Shown here: positions 31,475 through 42,263 of the stretch, one piece after another
How positions within the stretch are numbered: the stretch's first letter is position 1
How the letters are laid out: each line of letters starts with the position of its first letter
Assembly (NCBI GenBank): GCA_021158225.1
Contig: JAGGUZ010000005.1
Coordinates: 18,882-82,881, forward strand
DNA from: a bacterium
Lineage (GTDB): Bacteria > Patescibacteriota > Gracilibacteria > UBA1369 > PNNO01
Reading direction: 5' to 3'
DNA: 64,000 bases
Program-made: the position numbers and the translations under genes
The notes under the pieces: model-generated
What the model was told of the DNA's origin: nothing
The model's input: only the letters and a program-made list of their open reading frames with translations
The model's database searches: none

Positions 31475-32593
31475 CTAGCTTAGTTTCTTATTCCACTCCA
31501 AATATTTATCTTCTATATACTTATATAATTTTTCTTCAAAAATCTCGCTACTGAATTTTTTAGCATGATTCCTTATTTTCTTACTATCCCAATCCGTCTT
31601 TTCGCATTTCTCAATGGCTGCTTTTAAGTGTGGGATATTTTGCTCTTCAAAAAAGATTCCAGTTTTCTTCTCCACAACTGTTTCAAGTGCACCTCCTTTA
31701 TTAAAAGCAACAACAGGTCTTCCACTTGACATGGATTCCAAAGGAGTAATACCAAAATCTTCGATTTGCGGAAAAATAAATCCTTTAGCATTCGCATATA
31801 GATCTTTTAACTTTTCTTCGGACACAAAACCGAGAAATTCTATATTTGATTTTGCTTTAGCTTTTAGCTCTTTTTCCTGCACACCTGTTCCAACAATTTT
31901 TATTTTGTATGGAAGTTCGTTAAATGTATCAACGATTAAATCGAATTTTTTATAAGGAGTAAATCTTCCAACCGCAAGATAATAATCTTTTTTACCTTTA
32001 GAAATGTAAAAATCTTGCACATTTACCATTGGATAAATAACATCGGCTTCTCGTTTATAGTATTTTTTTATGCGTTTTTTAACATAATTTGAATTCGTCA
32101 AAAAATAATCCACTCTATCCGCCGCCAATCTATCCCACATCCTTATTTTATGAATAAGTTTTGGAATAAAACTTCTCGCTATCCATGGCATTTTATAATT
32201 TCTTATATATTCATGTGAATTATCCCATGCATATCTCATTGGAGAATGGCAATAAGATATATGCAATGTCTCCGGTTTGGTAATAACTCCTTTGGCCGCA
32301 GAATGTGCACTTGAAAGCACTATGTCGTAACCGCTTAAATCGAATTGTTCAAATGCAATTGGATAAAAACTCAAATACCATTGATGTTTGTTTTTTGCTC
32401 TTGGAAAATGCTGAATAAACGAAGTATGTACAACAGCATTTTCAAACGCCTTCATTTTCTCCGAATTGAAAATTGAAGTATAAATCGGCGCATCAGGAAA
32501 CATCTTATGCATTTTATAAATAACTCGCTCCGCACCTGCAAAATTAGTTAACCAATCGCATACTATTGCCACTTTTAATTTTTTCACATCCAT
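31475..32593 (-). CDS. Glycosyltransferase family 4 (WbaZ-like)
   Basis: DWL....GAERV, YCHSPMRYAWD, EDFGITPLE.M..G.PV. Confidence 0.92.
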   Translation of the reverse strand: MDVKKLKVAIVCDWLTNFAGAERVIYKMHKMFPDAPIYTSIFNSEKMKAFENAVVHTSFIQHFPRAKNKHQWYLSFYPIAFEQFDLSGYDIVLSSAHSAAKGVITKPETLHISYCHSPMRYAWDNSHEYIRNYKMPWIARSFIPKLIHKIRMWDRLAADRVDYFLTNSNYVKKRIKKYYKREADVIYPMVNVQDFYISKGKKDYYLAVGRFTPYKKFDLIVDTFNELPYKIKIVGTGVQEKELKAKAKSNIEFLGFVSEEKLKDLYANAKGFIFPQIEDFGITPLESMSSGRPVVAFNKGGALETVVEKKTGIFFEEQNIPHLKAAIEKCEKTDWDSKKIRNHAKKFSSEIFEEKLYKYIEDKYLEWNKKLS

Positions 32594-32661
32594 ATCGAAT
32601 ACTTAAAAACGCCTTCTTATAATAAGAAGAAATTGTATTAGAGTAAAGTAAATACTAAAAG

Positions 32662-33855
32662 TTAAACATTTATTTTAAATGTTTCTTCGTCTTCCTTCTT
32701 TTTATCTTCAATAAATCTAAACAATTTTTCTTTCTTTTCTTTCGTTAGTTTTTTTTGTTCAACTTCTTTTTTCCTTCTATAATAATCAATTGTATTTTTT
32801 TCTTGTTCTCCTCTCTTTTTAGAGAAGATTGTAGTTAGAATCTTTCTGTAAGGATTGTTCGGATCAAGTTTATCCATTGCTTTTGCTTTGAAAAGTTTAA
32901 CAACATTGTTATCCGGATCTCTTTCCAGAAGTCTTTCACAAATATGCATTACGTCAACATATTTTTTTTGCTCAAACCACATACCTACAAGTTGCAAAAC
33001 CACATCGGTATCTTTTTTAGCCATACTGGAAGATTTCTTTTTCGATATATCCGTTAACAATATTAAATTCCCCGCTTTCCTGTTAAGCAAGTATTTAAGA
33101 TAAGCATAACCTAGAATTACAAGTAAAATAACCGGAAGAATTTGATTCATTTGGAGCATGTAATCAAATGTTGCGTGAAGAATAATCGCGATTAAAAGTC
33201 CTTCAAGTATTTTGTACTCTTTAAATGCTTGTGCATAAGGTATCTTAAATGTGTTCCTTATCAAATGAACCCATAAGTATACTTTCCCTTCCCAGTGCCT
33301 GTCTTTGCTTATATCGAGTGAAAACTTTGCTATACCAAAGAAATATCCGAAAATTCCGGAAAACAACATATGCGCACAAGCAGTGAAAATCGATCTGAAT
33401 AAAAATGTTACAACAACTTCTTGAATCGGAGCTACGATAATTACAGTTTTGAAATAAATTATATTTTCCGCAAAAGCAAAACCCAAAGCTGCTACCAAAC
33501 TAAATTTAATAGAATCATTTATTGTTTGAATAAGAACTGTTTTGGAATCTATATAGCGAAGCATCATTTGTTTAACAAGCTCTTCCATTATTCCAACCAT
33601 TATAAACAGCCCTGCATAATAATATGTTGGATCTGAAATATTATTTTTTATCCACAAAAATGGGTCTATTCCCGGAACAATCAACCATATATATTGAATT
33701 ATAAATACTGTTATTACAGCCAAAATGCCCCCGGAGAATATAAGCGCAAGCATTTTTTTATCACTTTTTTTACCGCTAAAAATAATATACAGCCATATAA
33801 CGGCTGGTATAACTGCAAGAACCCCGCTAATTACCCACAACATTATAATATTCAT
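32662..33855 (-). CDS. PrsW-family intramembrane glutamic protease with C-terminal TPR-like extension
   Basis: EELVK, LGFAFAENIIY, AH..FSG..G, ILHATFD; tail ICERLLERDPDN. Confidence 0.87.
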   Translation of the reverse strand: MNIIMLWVISGVLAVIPAVIWLYIIFSGKKSDKKMLALIFSGGILAVITVFIIQYIWLIVPGIDPFLWIKNNISDPTYYYAGLFIMVGIMEELVKQMMLRYIDSKTVLIQTINDSIKFSLVAALGFAFAENIIYFKTVIIVAPIQEVVVTFLFRSIFTACAHMLFSGIFGYFFGIAKFSLDISKDRHWEGKVYLWVHLIRNTFKIPYAQAFKEYKILEGLLIAIILHATFDYMLQMNQILPVILLVILGYAYLKYLLNRKAGNLILLTDISKKKSSSMAKKDTDVVLQLVGMWFEQKKYVDVMHICERLLERDPDNNVVKLFKAKAMDKLDPNNPYRKILTTIFSKKRGEQEKNTIDYYRRKKEVEQKKLTKEKKEKLFRFIEDKKKEDEETFKINV

Positions 33856-33861
33856 ATTATT

Positions 33862-34245
33862 TTAAGAGGCTGGATGAGAAATAGCAAATTTAGCCTCATC
33901 AATTGTGGGAAATGTCTTAATCAATTGAGTAAGACCTACCACCTGAAGTATATCCAAAATATTCGGTCTTGTTTGCGCAATAACAATTTTTCCACCGTTT
34001 TCATAAACTTTTCCGTACCAATCTGTAAGATATCCAATTGATTTACTGTTCATATATTCGAGTTCCGAAAAATCAAAAATCAAATTCAGATTTCTTGGCA
34101 CTTTCTCAATAAGGTCATAAATTGCCTGAGCTTTTTCGTCAACATTACTTTCATCTAGCTGACCAGTAAACTTAACGATTTTTACAGTCATATCGGGTGA
34201 TGATGACTCAATGTCTTCTATAGTTACAGTAGCTGGTGTTGCCAT
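33862..34245 (-). CDS. STAS-domain anti-sigma factor antagonist (RsbV/SpoIIAA-like)
   Basis: GQLD, IFDFSELEYMNSKSIGYL, ILQVVGL..LI. Confidence 0.9.
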   Translation of the reverse strand: MATPATVTIEDIESSSPDMTVKIVKFTGQLDESNVDEKAQAIYDLIEKVPRNLNLIFDFSELEYMNSKSIGYLTDWYGKVYENGGKIVIAQTRPNILDILQVVGLTQLIKTFPTIDEAKFAISHPAS

Positions 34246-34271
34246 GATATTTGATTTGTTATTTATATAAA

Positions 34272-34817
34272 TTAGATTACTATGTGTGTTTGATCGCCGG
34301 CAAGAGATAGCCCCTGTTTAAGCTCTTGCGTCTTAACATCGTCCAGATATTTTTTCACTCTAACCATTATTCCTCCTCCTGGTTTATCTGTAAAGGTTAA
34401 TTCGTCAGTCCACTCTTTTACGATTTTAGGCAAACCTCTTCCTCTTATTTCATGTATAACCGCACCTTCTTTAGATCTTTCATCTACTAATTTTTGAATT
34501 TCCGTAGCTTTCATTTGTTTCTCCCCTGTCCCAGAATCTTCAACAATTATTTCTATACTATCTTGCGGATGATTAATAAATGTAATTTTTATTTCTTCTC
34601 CAGGTTTTGATCCGTGTTCAATTGCATTATTACAAAGTTCATCTACAACCGATTGGAATCTGTATGCCCATTGTTCCGAAAAATTAGAACTGTTTCTTAT
34701 TAGAGAAAGTGTAAAATCACGAATACCGGACATAAAATATGCGTGAGTTGGAAGAGTGATAGTAATTTTTATCGGCTCTTTTTTGTTATCTTTTAGTGCT
34801 GTTGCGATGTCGTTCAT
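34272..34817 (-). CDS. Anti-sigma factor-type Ser/Thr kinase (RsbW-like HATPase_c_2)
   Basis: DELCNNAIEHG N-box, VEDSG, RGRGL..V...TDE. Confidence 0.87.
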   Translation of the reverse strand: MNDIATALKDNKKEPIKITITLPTHAYFMSGIRDFTLSLIRNSSNFSEQWAYRFQSVVDELCNNAIEHGSKPGEEIKITFINHPQDSIEIIVEDSGTGEKQMKATEIQKLVDERSKEGAVIHEIRGRGLPKIVKEWTDELTFTDKPGGGIMVRVKKYLDDVKTQELKQGLSLAGDQTHIVI

Positions 34818-34904
34818 AACATTGTTAGCATGTAAAAACACTTTTATCGTATAATTTTACCAGTTTATCGCCGAAATGTAAACCATATTAACGGTACTAA
34901 AACA

Positions 34905-35168
34905 TTAAGATATGGATTTCTGTATACTTTTCGAACTATCGTGAACTGCGAACATGATATTTCGTATATATTTTTCTTGGGTATCATTTAAAGATAAATT
35001 TGCAGTTATTCCCTCTATAATTTCATTTTCTCTCTCCTTATCTTCGATACGAATTTTGTTTTTTCGTTTTATAACAGCAATTTCCACGATGACTTCGTAT
35101 CTTTCTAGTAGAAGTTTAACCAAATCTTTATCAATTTGATCTATCTGATTACGCAGTGATGTTAGCAT
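34905..35168 (-). CDS. Chorismate mutase type II (AroQ)
   Basis: LRNQIDQID..LV.LL.ER......IA..K......IED.ERE. Confidence 0.87.
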   Translation of the reverse strand: MLTSLRNQIDQIDKDLVKLLLERYEVIVEIAVIKRKNKIRIEDKERENEIIEGITANLSLNDTQEKYIRNIMFAVHDSSKSIQKSIS

Positions 35169-35187
35169 AGACTAAAGGGTTTTTCGC

Positions 35188-35300
35188 TTGCAATTGCTTT
35201 GGCGTTATATTACAGTAGCGGTGCATTTAATTCCAGTCCAACTTTTAATTGTTATATCCTCCCTTGTTTGGGCCAAGTAACGAGTTTAAAAAAGCTGGAC
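35188..35300 (+). promoter_or_regulatory. rpsB promoter and structured 5' leader
   Basis: TTGCAA-17-TACAGT; long imperfect hairpin GTCCAACTTTT...AAAAGCTGGAC at 35236-35300. Confidence 0.5.
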
Positions 35301-35315
35301 GATAACCCTAAGGAT

Positions 35316-36008
35316 ATGTCACAGGCAGAACTAAAAGAAATGCTTGCAGCAGCAGTGCATTTTGGGCATCAAACCTACAAATGGAATCCCAAGATGAAAC
35401 GTTATTTATATGGCGTTCGTGATGGAATCCATATTTTTGATTTACAAAAAACGTTTAGCATGCAACAAAATGCATTGACTTTTCTTCAAAAAACAGTGGA
35501 AGAAGGGAAAACAATATTGTTTGTAAGTACAAAACAACAGGCTGCTTCTCTTGTAGAAGATGTAGCGAAAAAATGTAATATGCCTTATGTAACACATAAA
35601 TGGATTGGCGGGCTTCTTACCAATTTTTCTACAGTAAAAAAAAGAATTAAACATTTTCTTAATTTAATCGAAAAAGAAAATAATGGTGAATTTGAAAAAT
35701 ACACAAAGAAAGAAGCGAGTAAACTTAAGAAAGATTTAGAGAAACTGCAAATCGCATTTGGAGGGCTTAAAGAAATGAAAAAGAAACCTCACGTATTATT
35801 TGTCGTAGATTGCGTTAGAGATAACATAGCTGTAAAAGAAGCTAGAAAGCTTAAAATTCCCGTTGTAGCTATTACGGATTCCAATGCTAATCCGGACGAA
35901 ATCGATTATCCTATTCCTGGTAATGATGATGCCGTAAAGTCACTTAGATATTTTATGTCAAAAATTGAAGATGCGATTTTAAATGTTAAAAGTAAAAAAA
36001 CATCTTAA
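35316..36008 (+). CDS. rpsB: 30S ribosomal protein S2
   Basis: VHFGH....WNPKM, FVSTK.Q, WIGGLLTNF, IPGNDDA; start moved to ATG 35316. Confidence 0.98.
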   Translation: MSQAELKEMLAAAVHFGHQTYKWNPKMKRYLYGVRDGIHIFDLQKTFSMQQNALTFLQKTVEEGKTILFVSTKQQAASLVEDVAKKCNMPYVTHKWIGGLLTNFSTVKKRIKHFLNLIEKENNGEFEKYTKKEASKLKKDLEKLQIAFGGLKEMKKKPHVLFVVDCVRDNIAVKEARKLKIPVVAITDSNANPDEIDYPIPGNDDAVKSLRYFMSKIEDAILNVKSKKTS

Positions 36009-36042
36009 ATAGCAATTTTTATTTGCCTCTTAACAAGATAAT

Positions 36043-36780
36043 ATGTTTCAAGATAATCAACCACAACAACCTGTAACACCTCAATCTCAGGAACCGGAAG
36101 TCACTCAAACACCAACTACTCCAGAACCACCTCAAGCTCCTGAGAAACAAGTACCTGTAACTCCACAAAAACCTGCTACGCCTGTAGTTTCTCCTGAGAA
36201 AACAACTCAAGAGGAAAGAATGTGGGCAGCTATTGGATACATTGCTTTTTTAGGCGTTGTTTCCTTGGCTATTAAGCCAAAGAGTGCTTTTTGTAAGCAC
36301 CATGCAACCCGTGGACTTGTGATCTTTGCGTTCTGGTTTGTTAGCCTAATCCTTCTTGCAATGCCATCCTTCATAGGTGTAGTTGGTGGATTATTACTAC
36401 TTGGTTTAACAGGGCTATCTATATTTGGAATTATTAAATCTATTCAAAGTTATAAATTGGATCTTCCAGTTTTATCTTCTTTAGCTGACAAGGTGCCCGT
36501 ATCTGCTATTATTGGTTCTGTTACAGGGAAAACCCCTGAAGTTACAAAACCAAGCGAAGCGAAACCAATTGAAGCAGAAACTCAACCAACTAAAACCGAG
36601 AACACACAAGAAAATGTAGAACAAGTTGTTCCAACCACTGAGCAGATATCTCAAACTCCGAAACAATCGGAAGTTGAATCAACTCCTACAGAACAACCGG
36701 AAATTGTACAACCGAAACCTGTACAATCAGATAAACCAGCTGAAAAACAAGATCCTCCTTTAACTCCACCTCAAGTTTAA
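36043..36780 (+). CDS. DUF4870-like membrane protein with Pro/Gln/Thr-rich flanks
   Basis: WAAIGYI..L, F.KHHA.RGL, three TM helices, LPV; low-complexity termini. Confidence 0.7.
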   Translation: MFQDNQPQQPVTPQSQEPEVTQTPTTPEPPQAPEKQVPVTPQKPATPVVSPEKTTQEERMWAAIGYIAFLGVVSLAIKPKSAFCKHHATRGLVIFAFWFVSLILLAMPSFIGVVGGLLLLGLTGLSIFGIIKSIQSYKLDLPVLSSLADKVPVSAIIGSVTGKTPEVTKPSEAKPIEAETQPTKTENTQENVEQVVPTTEQISQTPKQSEVESTPTEQPEIVQPKPVQSDKPAEKQDPPLTPPQV

Positions 36781-36816
36781 TCATTTATATTTAGTAAAAG
36801 TTAATAATTAAAAACC

Positions 36817-37404
36817 ATGACTGTTACTGTTGAACAAATCAAACAATTACGTACTAGCACTGGCGCATCTATGATGGCTTGCAAAAAAGCTCTTGAAGAA
36901 GCTGATAGTGATACCGACAAGGCAATTGACATCCTAAGAAAAAACGGCGAAGCAAAGGCTGCCAAGAGAGCTGAAAGGGCTACCGGGCAAGGTGTGATTT
37001 CCTCTTATATACATTCGAACAATAAGCTTGGAGTACTTGTGCATTTAGGTTGTGAAACCGATTTTGTGGCAAAAAACGACGATTTTCAAGCTCTCGCCAA
37101 AGATATAGCAATGCATATCGCCGCATCTGCTCCCCTATATTTATCTCCTGACGAAGTCTCTGCTGACTTAATCGAGAAGGAAAAAGAAATATGGAAAGAA
37201 CAACTTAAGAATGAGGGCAAACCAGAAAATATATGGGATAAAATCATGGAGGGAAAAGAGAGAAAATTCAGAGAAGAATTGGCTCTACTTACTCAACCGT
37301 TTGTTAAAAACCCAGATTTGACCGTTGAAGATCTATTGAAAGAAGCTATTAATAAAATTGGTGAGAATATAAAATTAGAAAAATTTGTGAGATATTCTAT
37401 TTAA
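36817..37404 (+). CDS. tsf: Elongation factor Ts (short form)
   Basis: [27 protein letters not shown]. Confidence 0.97.
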   Translation: MTVTVEQIKQLRTSTGASMMACKKALEEADSDTDKAIDILRKNGEAKAAKRAERATGQGVISSYIHSNNKLGVLVHLGCETDFVAKNDDFQALAKDIAMHIAASAPLYLSPDEVSADLIEKEKEIWKEQLKNEGKPENIWDKIMEGKERKFREELALLTQPFVKNPDLTVEDLLKEAINKIGENIKLEKFVRYSI

Positions 37405-37405
37405 C

Positions 37406-38611
37406 ATGACATCCCTTCATACTATTGAGGAAGCGGTTAATGCCGTATCAAATGGCGAATTTATTATCGTCATTGACAGTGAAGATCGTGAAAACGAGGG
37501 TGATTTGGTTTGCGCGGCCGAGTTTATTACTCCTGAGAAAGTTAATTTTATGGCTAAAGAAGCTCGCGGGCTTATTTGCGCACCAATAAGTCAAAAGATT
37601 GCGGATAAATTAGATTTACCCTTAATGGTTACAAATAATGAAGAATTTACCAAATGCAATTTTACTCTAACTATTGATGCAAAAGAAAATATTACTACAG
37701 GTATTTCTACAAAAGATAGAGCTAGAACATTAAAAATGCTTAGTGATTCTTCGACGAAAGCAACTGATTTTGTAAAACCCGGACACATATTTCCAATTAG
37801 AGCAAAAGATGGGGGGGTTCTTGTAAGAGCTGGCCATACAGAAGCTTGTATAGATCTCCTTAAATTAGCTGGATTAAAACAAGTTGGTGTTATATGTGAA
37901 ATAGCGAAAGAAAATGGGGATATGGCCAAATTTGACGATCTGATTAAATTTGCAAAGAAACATAATTTAAAAATAATTTCCATAGCTGATTTGATTAGAT
38001 ATAGAAGACAAAATGAGCAGCTTGTTGAAAAGAAAGCTTCGGCCAAACTTCCAACTGAATATGGAGAATTTGATATAACAATTTATGAAGATCGAATAAA
38101 CAAAAAGGAGCATGTGGTTTTGAGCATGGGAGACTTAAATCTAGATGATCCGATACTAGTTAGGGTCCATTCGGAATGTATAACCGGTGATGTTTTTCAT
38201 TCAATAAAATGCGATTGCCAAAAACAGCTGGATTTTGCTATGAATGCTATTCAAAAAGAAAAACGTGGAATACTTTTATATTTAAGAGACGAGGGAAGAG
38301 GTATTGGGCTTACAAATAAAATAAAAGCTTATAACCTCCAAGATAATGGATATGATACTGTTGAAGCGAATGAAAAACTCGGTTTTGACGATGATTTACG
38401 CGAATATGGAATTGGAGCACAGATACTTGCGGATCTTGGAGTAAAAAAGATAAGATTACTTACTAATAATCCGAAAAAAGTTATAGGACTTAAAGGTTAT
38501 GGAATGGATATAGTTAAGCGTGTGCCAATCGAAATCGGACTTAATGATAAAAATAAGACCTATCTGCGTACGAAAAAAAACAAACTTGGACATATACTTA
38601 AAAACATATAA
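37406..38611 (+). CDS. ribBA: Bifunctional DHBP synthase / GTP cyclohydrolase II
   Basis: DRENEGD, PGHIFP, RAGHTEA, VRVHSEC.TGD.F.S..CDC, EGRGIGL. Confidence 0.97.
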   Translation: MTSLHTIEEAVNAVSNGEFIIVIDSEDRENEGDLVCAAEFITPEKVNFMAKEARGLICAPISQKIADKLDLPLMVTNNEEFTKCNFTLTIDAKENITTGISTKDRARTLKMLSDSSTKATDFVKPGHIFPIRAKDGGVLVRAGHTEACIDLLKLAGLKQVGVICEIAKENGDMAKFDDLIKFAKKHNLKIISIADLIRYRRQNEQLVEKKASAKLPTEYGEFDITIYEDRINKKEHVVLSMGDLNLDDPILVRVHSECITGDVFHSIKCDCQKQLDFAMNAIQKEKRGILLYLRDEGRGIGLTNKIKAYNLQDNGYDTVEANEKLGFDDDLREYGIGAQILADLGVKKIRLLTNNPKKVIGLKGYGMDIVKRVPIEIGLNDKNKTYLRTKKNKLGHILKNI

Positions 38612-38617
38612 TTATTT

Positions 38618-39370
38618 ATGACTTTTTTTGAACTTGTTAAATATTGTCTACGTTTAATATTTTTACCAAGGTCTCTTCGAACAATGGAATGGAAGATGCT
38701 ACGTTTGGTGAACAAAGATAGAAAGCAAAATGGGCTGAAAAAGTTGAGAATGCAAGAAGATTTAAGAGTTGTTGCGCGAAAACATAGTAAGGATATGGCG
38801 CAAAAAGATTATTTTGAGCATAAAAACTTATTGGGAGAGACACCTTTTGACAGATTGGATAAAGCTCGTATTACTGATATTGTTGCCGGCGAGAATTTAG
38901 CTAAGATAAAAGGATATCAAATTCCAGTAAGAAGAGCTGAAATAGGCTTAATGAACAGCCCTGGGCATAGAGCTAATATACTAAAATCGGATTATAATTG
39001 TGTTGGAATAGGAATTGTTAAAAGTCAGGATCAATCGTTTTATTTCACGCAAAATTTTGCCGAACGCGAACTTGTATTTACAAAAAAAATAAAAAAAGTT
39101 GTAAGACTCAAAACAGGTTTAAATATAAAAGGATATTTTTTAAAAAATCCTAAAAATATTATTTATCAGGTAAAAAATCATATTAACGACAAAGATCCTC
39201 TTTATGAAAAACTAATAAAAGTAAAAGATCGAAAATTCAATTTTGTAATCCCCTTCTCCAATACCGGAATTTATCAGACTCTAATATTTGTCGAAACGGA
39301 AAATGGAAGTGAAAAATTTAACGTGGTTAACAAATTCGAGATAAAAGTTCGAAAAGGATTCGTGTTCTAA
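38618..39370 (+). CDS. CAP (SCP) domain protein
   Basis: LVN..R, ARKHSKDM...YF.H, GENLA, MNSPGHRANIL, GIG, TQNF. Confidence 0.88.
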   Translation: MTFFELVKYCLRLIFLPRSLRTMEWKMLRLVNKDRKQNGLKKLRMQEDLRVVARKHSKDMAQKDYFEHKNLLGETPFDRLDKARITDIVAGENLAKIKGYQIPVRRAEIGLMNSPGHRANILKSDYNCVGIGIVKSQDQSFYFTQNFAERELVFTKKIKKVVRLKTGLNIKGYFLKNPKNIIYQVKNHINDKDPLYEKLIKVKDRKFNFVIPFSNTGIYQTLIFVETENGSEKFNVVNKFEIKVRKGFVF

Positions 39371-39468
39371 ATATCTGTGTACTATACAAGATTGCTCTAC
39401 CAGAATATAGACGCTTGTCTATTTTTATTGTATAATAATAAAGACTATGATAAATATAAAAACAAAAA

Positions 39469-41880
39469 ATGCCTCAACGACAAGAGAAAAATTCATGGTT
39501 ATCTCGTACAATCCTGAATAAGCTCATGAACATCACGAGTGATGAATGGCCACGTATAGCTATTTCTTGGAGTTTACAGTTTTTGTACAGAGCCGGTTTT
39601 ATTATAGGATGGACTGTTTTGTTATCAATTTTCGCCACTCGTTTTGGTATAATGGCACTTCCATATTTCTTTATTCTATACGCATTACTCGATATTCTTG
39701 GAGCGATCGGATATTCGTTTATTTTGGAAAGATTTTCCAAGGATATGATGATTATTATAACTGCACTCGGAGGAGCGTTATTGTTTCTTTTAGTGGGATT
39801 GCTGTCTTTCTATAGTGAAACGCTTTTTATATTTATAGCTATTGCAGGTTTGTCAGTTGTATTTACACAATTGTACATACTTAATTCCGGCTTTATTGAA
39901 GATTTATTCTCTCCATTGGAAAGTGAAAGAACATTTCCTTTAATAGAATCTGCCGAGACTATAGGAGGCATTGTTGGAGGCTTATTGATAACAGGTTATG
40001 TCGGAGTTTTGTCAGCGGGATATCTCTTGAATTTTTTGGTTGTGATTTTGATTATGTTCGTTCCGATTATGATTTTTCACAGGCAATTACTTAAAAAGTT
40101 GCCGTTTATCCACTTTAAAAAAAGACATAAAAAAACAGGAATTAATTTTGCGAAGATAAAAGAAAATTTAGGGCATATCAAGCGAATACCGTTTTTAAAA
40201 TTACTTCTTGTAGTTGTTATTTGCCAATGGGTTTTTTCCAATCTTCTTGAATTTCAATTCATAGAAGCACTATTTGGTCATCTACCCGAAGGTGCACACA
40301 TGGAAAAAGAACTAACATACGGACTTGGATCGTTACAAATACTCTTCCACTCGGTTGCTTTATTAATGCAACTTTTAGTTGCAAGCAGGATTATTTCATC
40401 TTTGGGAATTGTTTCATCTTTATTGTTACATCCTCTTGTAACGCTATTAAGCCTTGGGACTATGCTAATACGATTTGGTATGCCATCCGCAATTTTAACA
40501 AAACTGAATTACGAGATGACATTTACGATTTATAAGAATGCATATCATTCCTCGTATTATGCAATAGAATCTAAAATTCGAGAACAGGTACGCGAACTTC
40601 TGGAAGGATTCGCCCATCCCCTTGGAACTCTAGTTGGAATGGGAACGTTACTACTTCTTGAGCAATTTTTTCATGGAACAACATTTAATCAAAGCGTAAC
40701 CGTATTAATGATTGCAATTATGGGGATAATGCTGTTTGTAATCGTTAAAAATGACAGGAAGTATACTCAGATCTCAATTAAAAATTTACTTTATTCAAAA
40801 GATACGGCGGTACAATTAAATGCTGTGGAGATATTAGGACAAAAAGGTCATAAAAATGCTACCGAAATACTAACAAGAATGCTTAACGAAACGGAAATTG
40901 CCGACAAAGTTAAAATTAGGATCTTAAACACTTTGGGACATATGAAAGATCCAGAATCTCTTAGCGAAATTATCGATGCTTTGGAACATAAAAATCCCGA
41001 AATAAGAAAGGCTTCTCTTATAGCTTTGGAAAAATTTAATACATTTACGAAAAAAGAAACAAAACATCCGTTTTCGACACACAGGACAAATAATATTCTT
41101 AAAAAGATGTTTCTTGAAGAAAACGATTATGCAATTAAATCGTTGGTAATGGGAGTTTTGGCAAAACATAGTAGCAATAAAATAGTTCCATATTTATTGT
41201 CTCTTCTTAAGAGTGCAAAAGGATATCAAAAAGCGGACGCTATTCGCGTATGCGGTAATTTCCATGATATTTCACTTGTTCATTATCTTATGCCATTTTT
41301 AGAATCTGATGATCCGATTATAAAATCAAGGACGATTGTAGCTCTATGGCAATTTAAAAAACATCGAATGAAACTACTTCAAGAAATTAAGAATATGTTA
41401 TTTAGTAAAAATAAAGCTGATAGACTAGCAGCCTATTATATCCTTGGAGAAATAAATGCTTTACAAGAAAAAAATCGTCTACTTGATTTGTTGAAATCCG
41501 AAGATGAAGACGAAAAACTCGCCGTAGCCATAGCACTTGTTAAAATGAATATCCGTGAAGGAGTTCCTATAATTATAGAAAGGATCGTATACGACGAATC
41601 TTCTCGTAAGAATTTATTATATCTTCTTCAACTTACTCTTGGAAAACGTATGAAAAACTATATGCTTAGAGTGCTTAATCAAACAGTTTCTCTTTATATC
41701 AATCATATATTGTCGGAAAGTAATAAAAAAGTATTAGAAGAACTTGACACAAACACATTAATGAAGCTTCGAAGTGCATATGAACTTGTAAATGAACACG
41801 AAGAAGTGGAAAATGTAGATAAAGTATTAAGAGCTTCTACCAAACAATACAATCAGGAATTACAACTTAATCCAATTTAA
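39469..41880 (+). CDS. MFS/NTT (Npt1-like) membrane domain fused to HEAT repeats
   Basis: About 12 TM helices, ERTFPLI......GG..GG, then HEAT/PBS repeats (AVEILG, LNTLG, AYYILGE). Confidence 0.75.
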   Translation: MPQRQEKNSWLSRTILNKLMNITSDEWPRIAISWSLQFLYRAGFIIGWTVLLSIFATRFGIMALPYFFILYALLDILGAIGYSFILERFSKDMMIIITALGGALLFLLVGLLSFYSETLFIFIAIAGLSVVFTQLYILNSGFIEDLFSPLESERTFPLIESAETIGGIVGGLLITGYVGVLSAGYLLNFLVVILIMFVPIMIFHRQLLKKLPFIHFKKRHKKTGINFAKIKENLGHIKRIPFLKLLLVVVICQWVFSNLLEFQFIEALFGHLPEGAHMEKELTYGLGSLQILFHSVALLMQLLVASRIISSLGIVSSLLLHPLVTLLSLGTMLIRFGMPSAILTKLNYEMTFTIYKNAYHSSYYAIESKIREQVRELLEGFAHPLGTLVGMGTLLLLEQFFHGTTFNQSVTVLMIAIMGIMLFVIVKNDRKYTQISIKNLLYSKDTAVQLNAVEILGQKGHKNATEILTRMLNETEIADKVKIRILNTLGHMKDPESLSEIIDALEHKNPEIRKASLIALEKFNTFTKKETKHPFSTHRTNNILKKMFLEENDYAIKSLVMGVLAKHSSNKIVPYLLSLLKSAKGYQKADAIRVCGNFHDISLVHYLMPFLESDDPIIKSRTIVALWQFKKHRMKLLQEIKNMLFSKNKADRLAAYYILGEINALQEKNRLLDLLKSEDEDEKLAVAIALVKMNIREGVPIIIERIVYDESSRKNLLYLLQLTLGKRMKNYMLRVLNQTVSLYINHILSESNKKVLEELDTNTLMKLRSAYELVNEHEEVENVDKVLRASTKQYNQELQLNPI

Positions 41881-41881
41881 T

Positions 41882-42241
41882 ATGGCAACAATAGAAGTAA
41901 TAAAAAATGCACCCGATACAAAAAAGAATTCTCAAACGGTTTTTCTTAAAGGAGAAATTGATAGAGATACAATAGCTAAATTAAGAGAGGCTATGGAGAC
42001 GATTTTGCCGACACTAGAAACGAAAACGTTAATTATAGATCTTGAGAATCTCAAATTCATCAATAGCGAAGGAATTGGATATTTAACCGATATTCATAAC
42101 AGATTAAATACTCTCGGAAAAAATGTTGTTATTCTAAAAGCGTCAGCTCGCATAATGGATATTTTTCAGCTTGTCGGACTTAATCAGATTGTTTCATGCT
42201 ATGCAACTGAAGAAGAAATGAATTCGGACATAAAATCTTAA
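41882..42241 (+). CDS. STAS-domain anti-sigma factor antagonist
   Basis: LKGEID, IIDLENLKFINSEGIGYL, IFQLVGL. Confidence 0.9.
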   Translation: MATIEVIKNAPDTKKNSQTVFLKGEIDRDTIAKLREAMETILPTLETKTLIIDLENLKFINSEGIGYLTDIHNRLNTLGKNVVILKASARIMDIFQLVGLNQIVSCYATEEEMNSDIKS

Positions 42242-42263
42242 TCAACTAAACTAAAACAAACAT

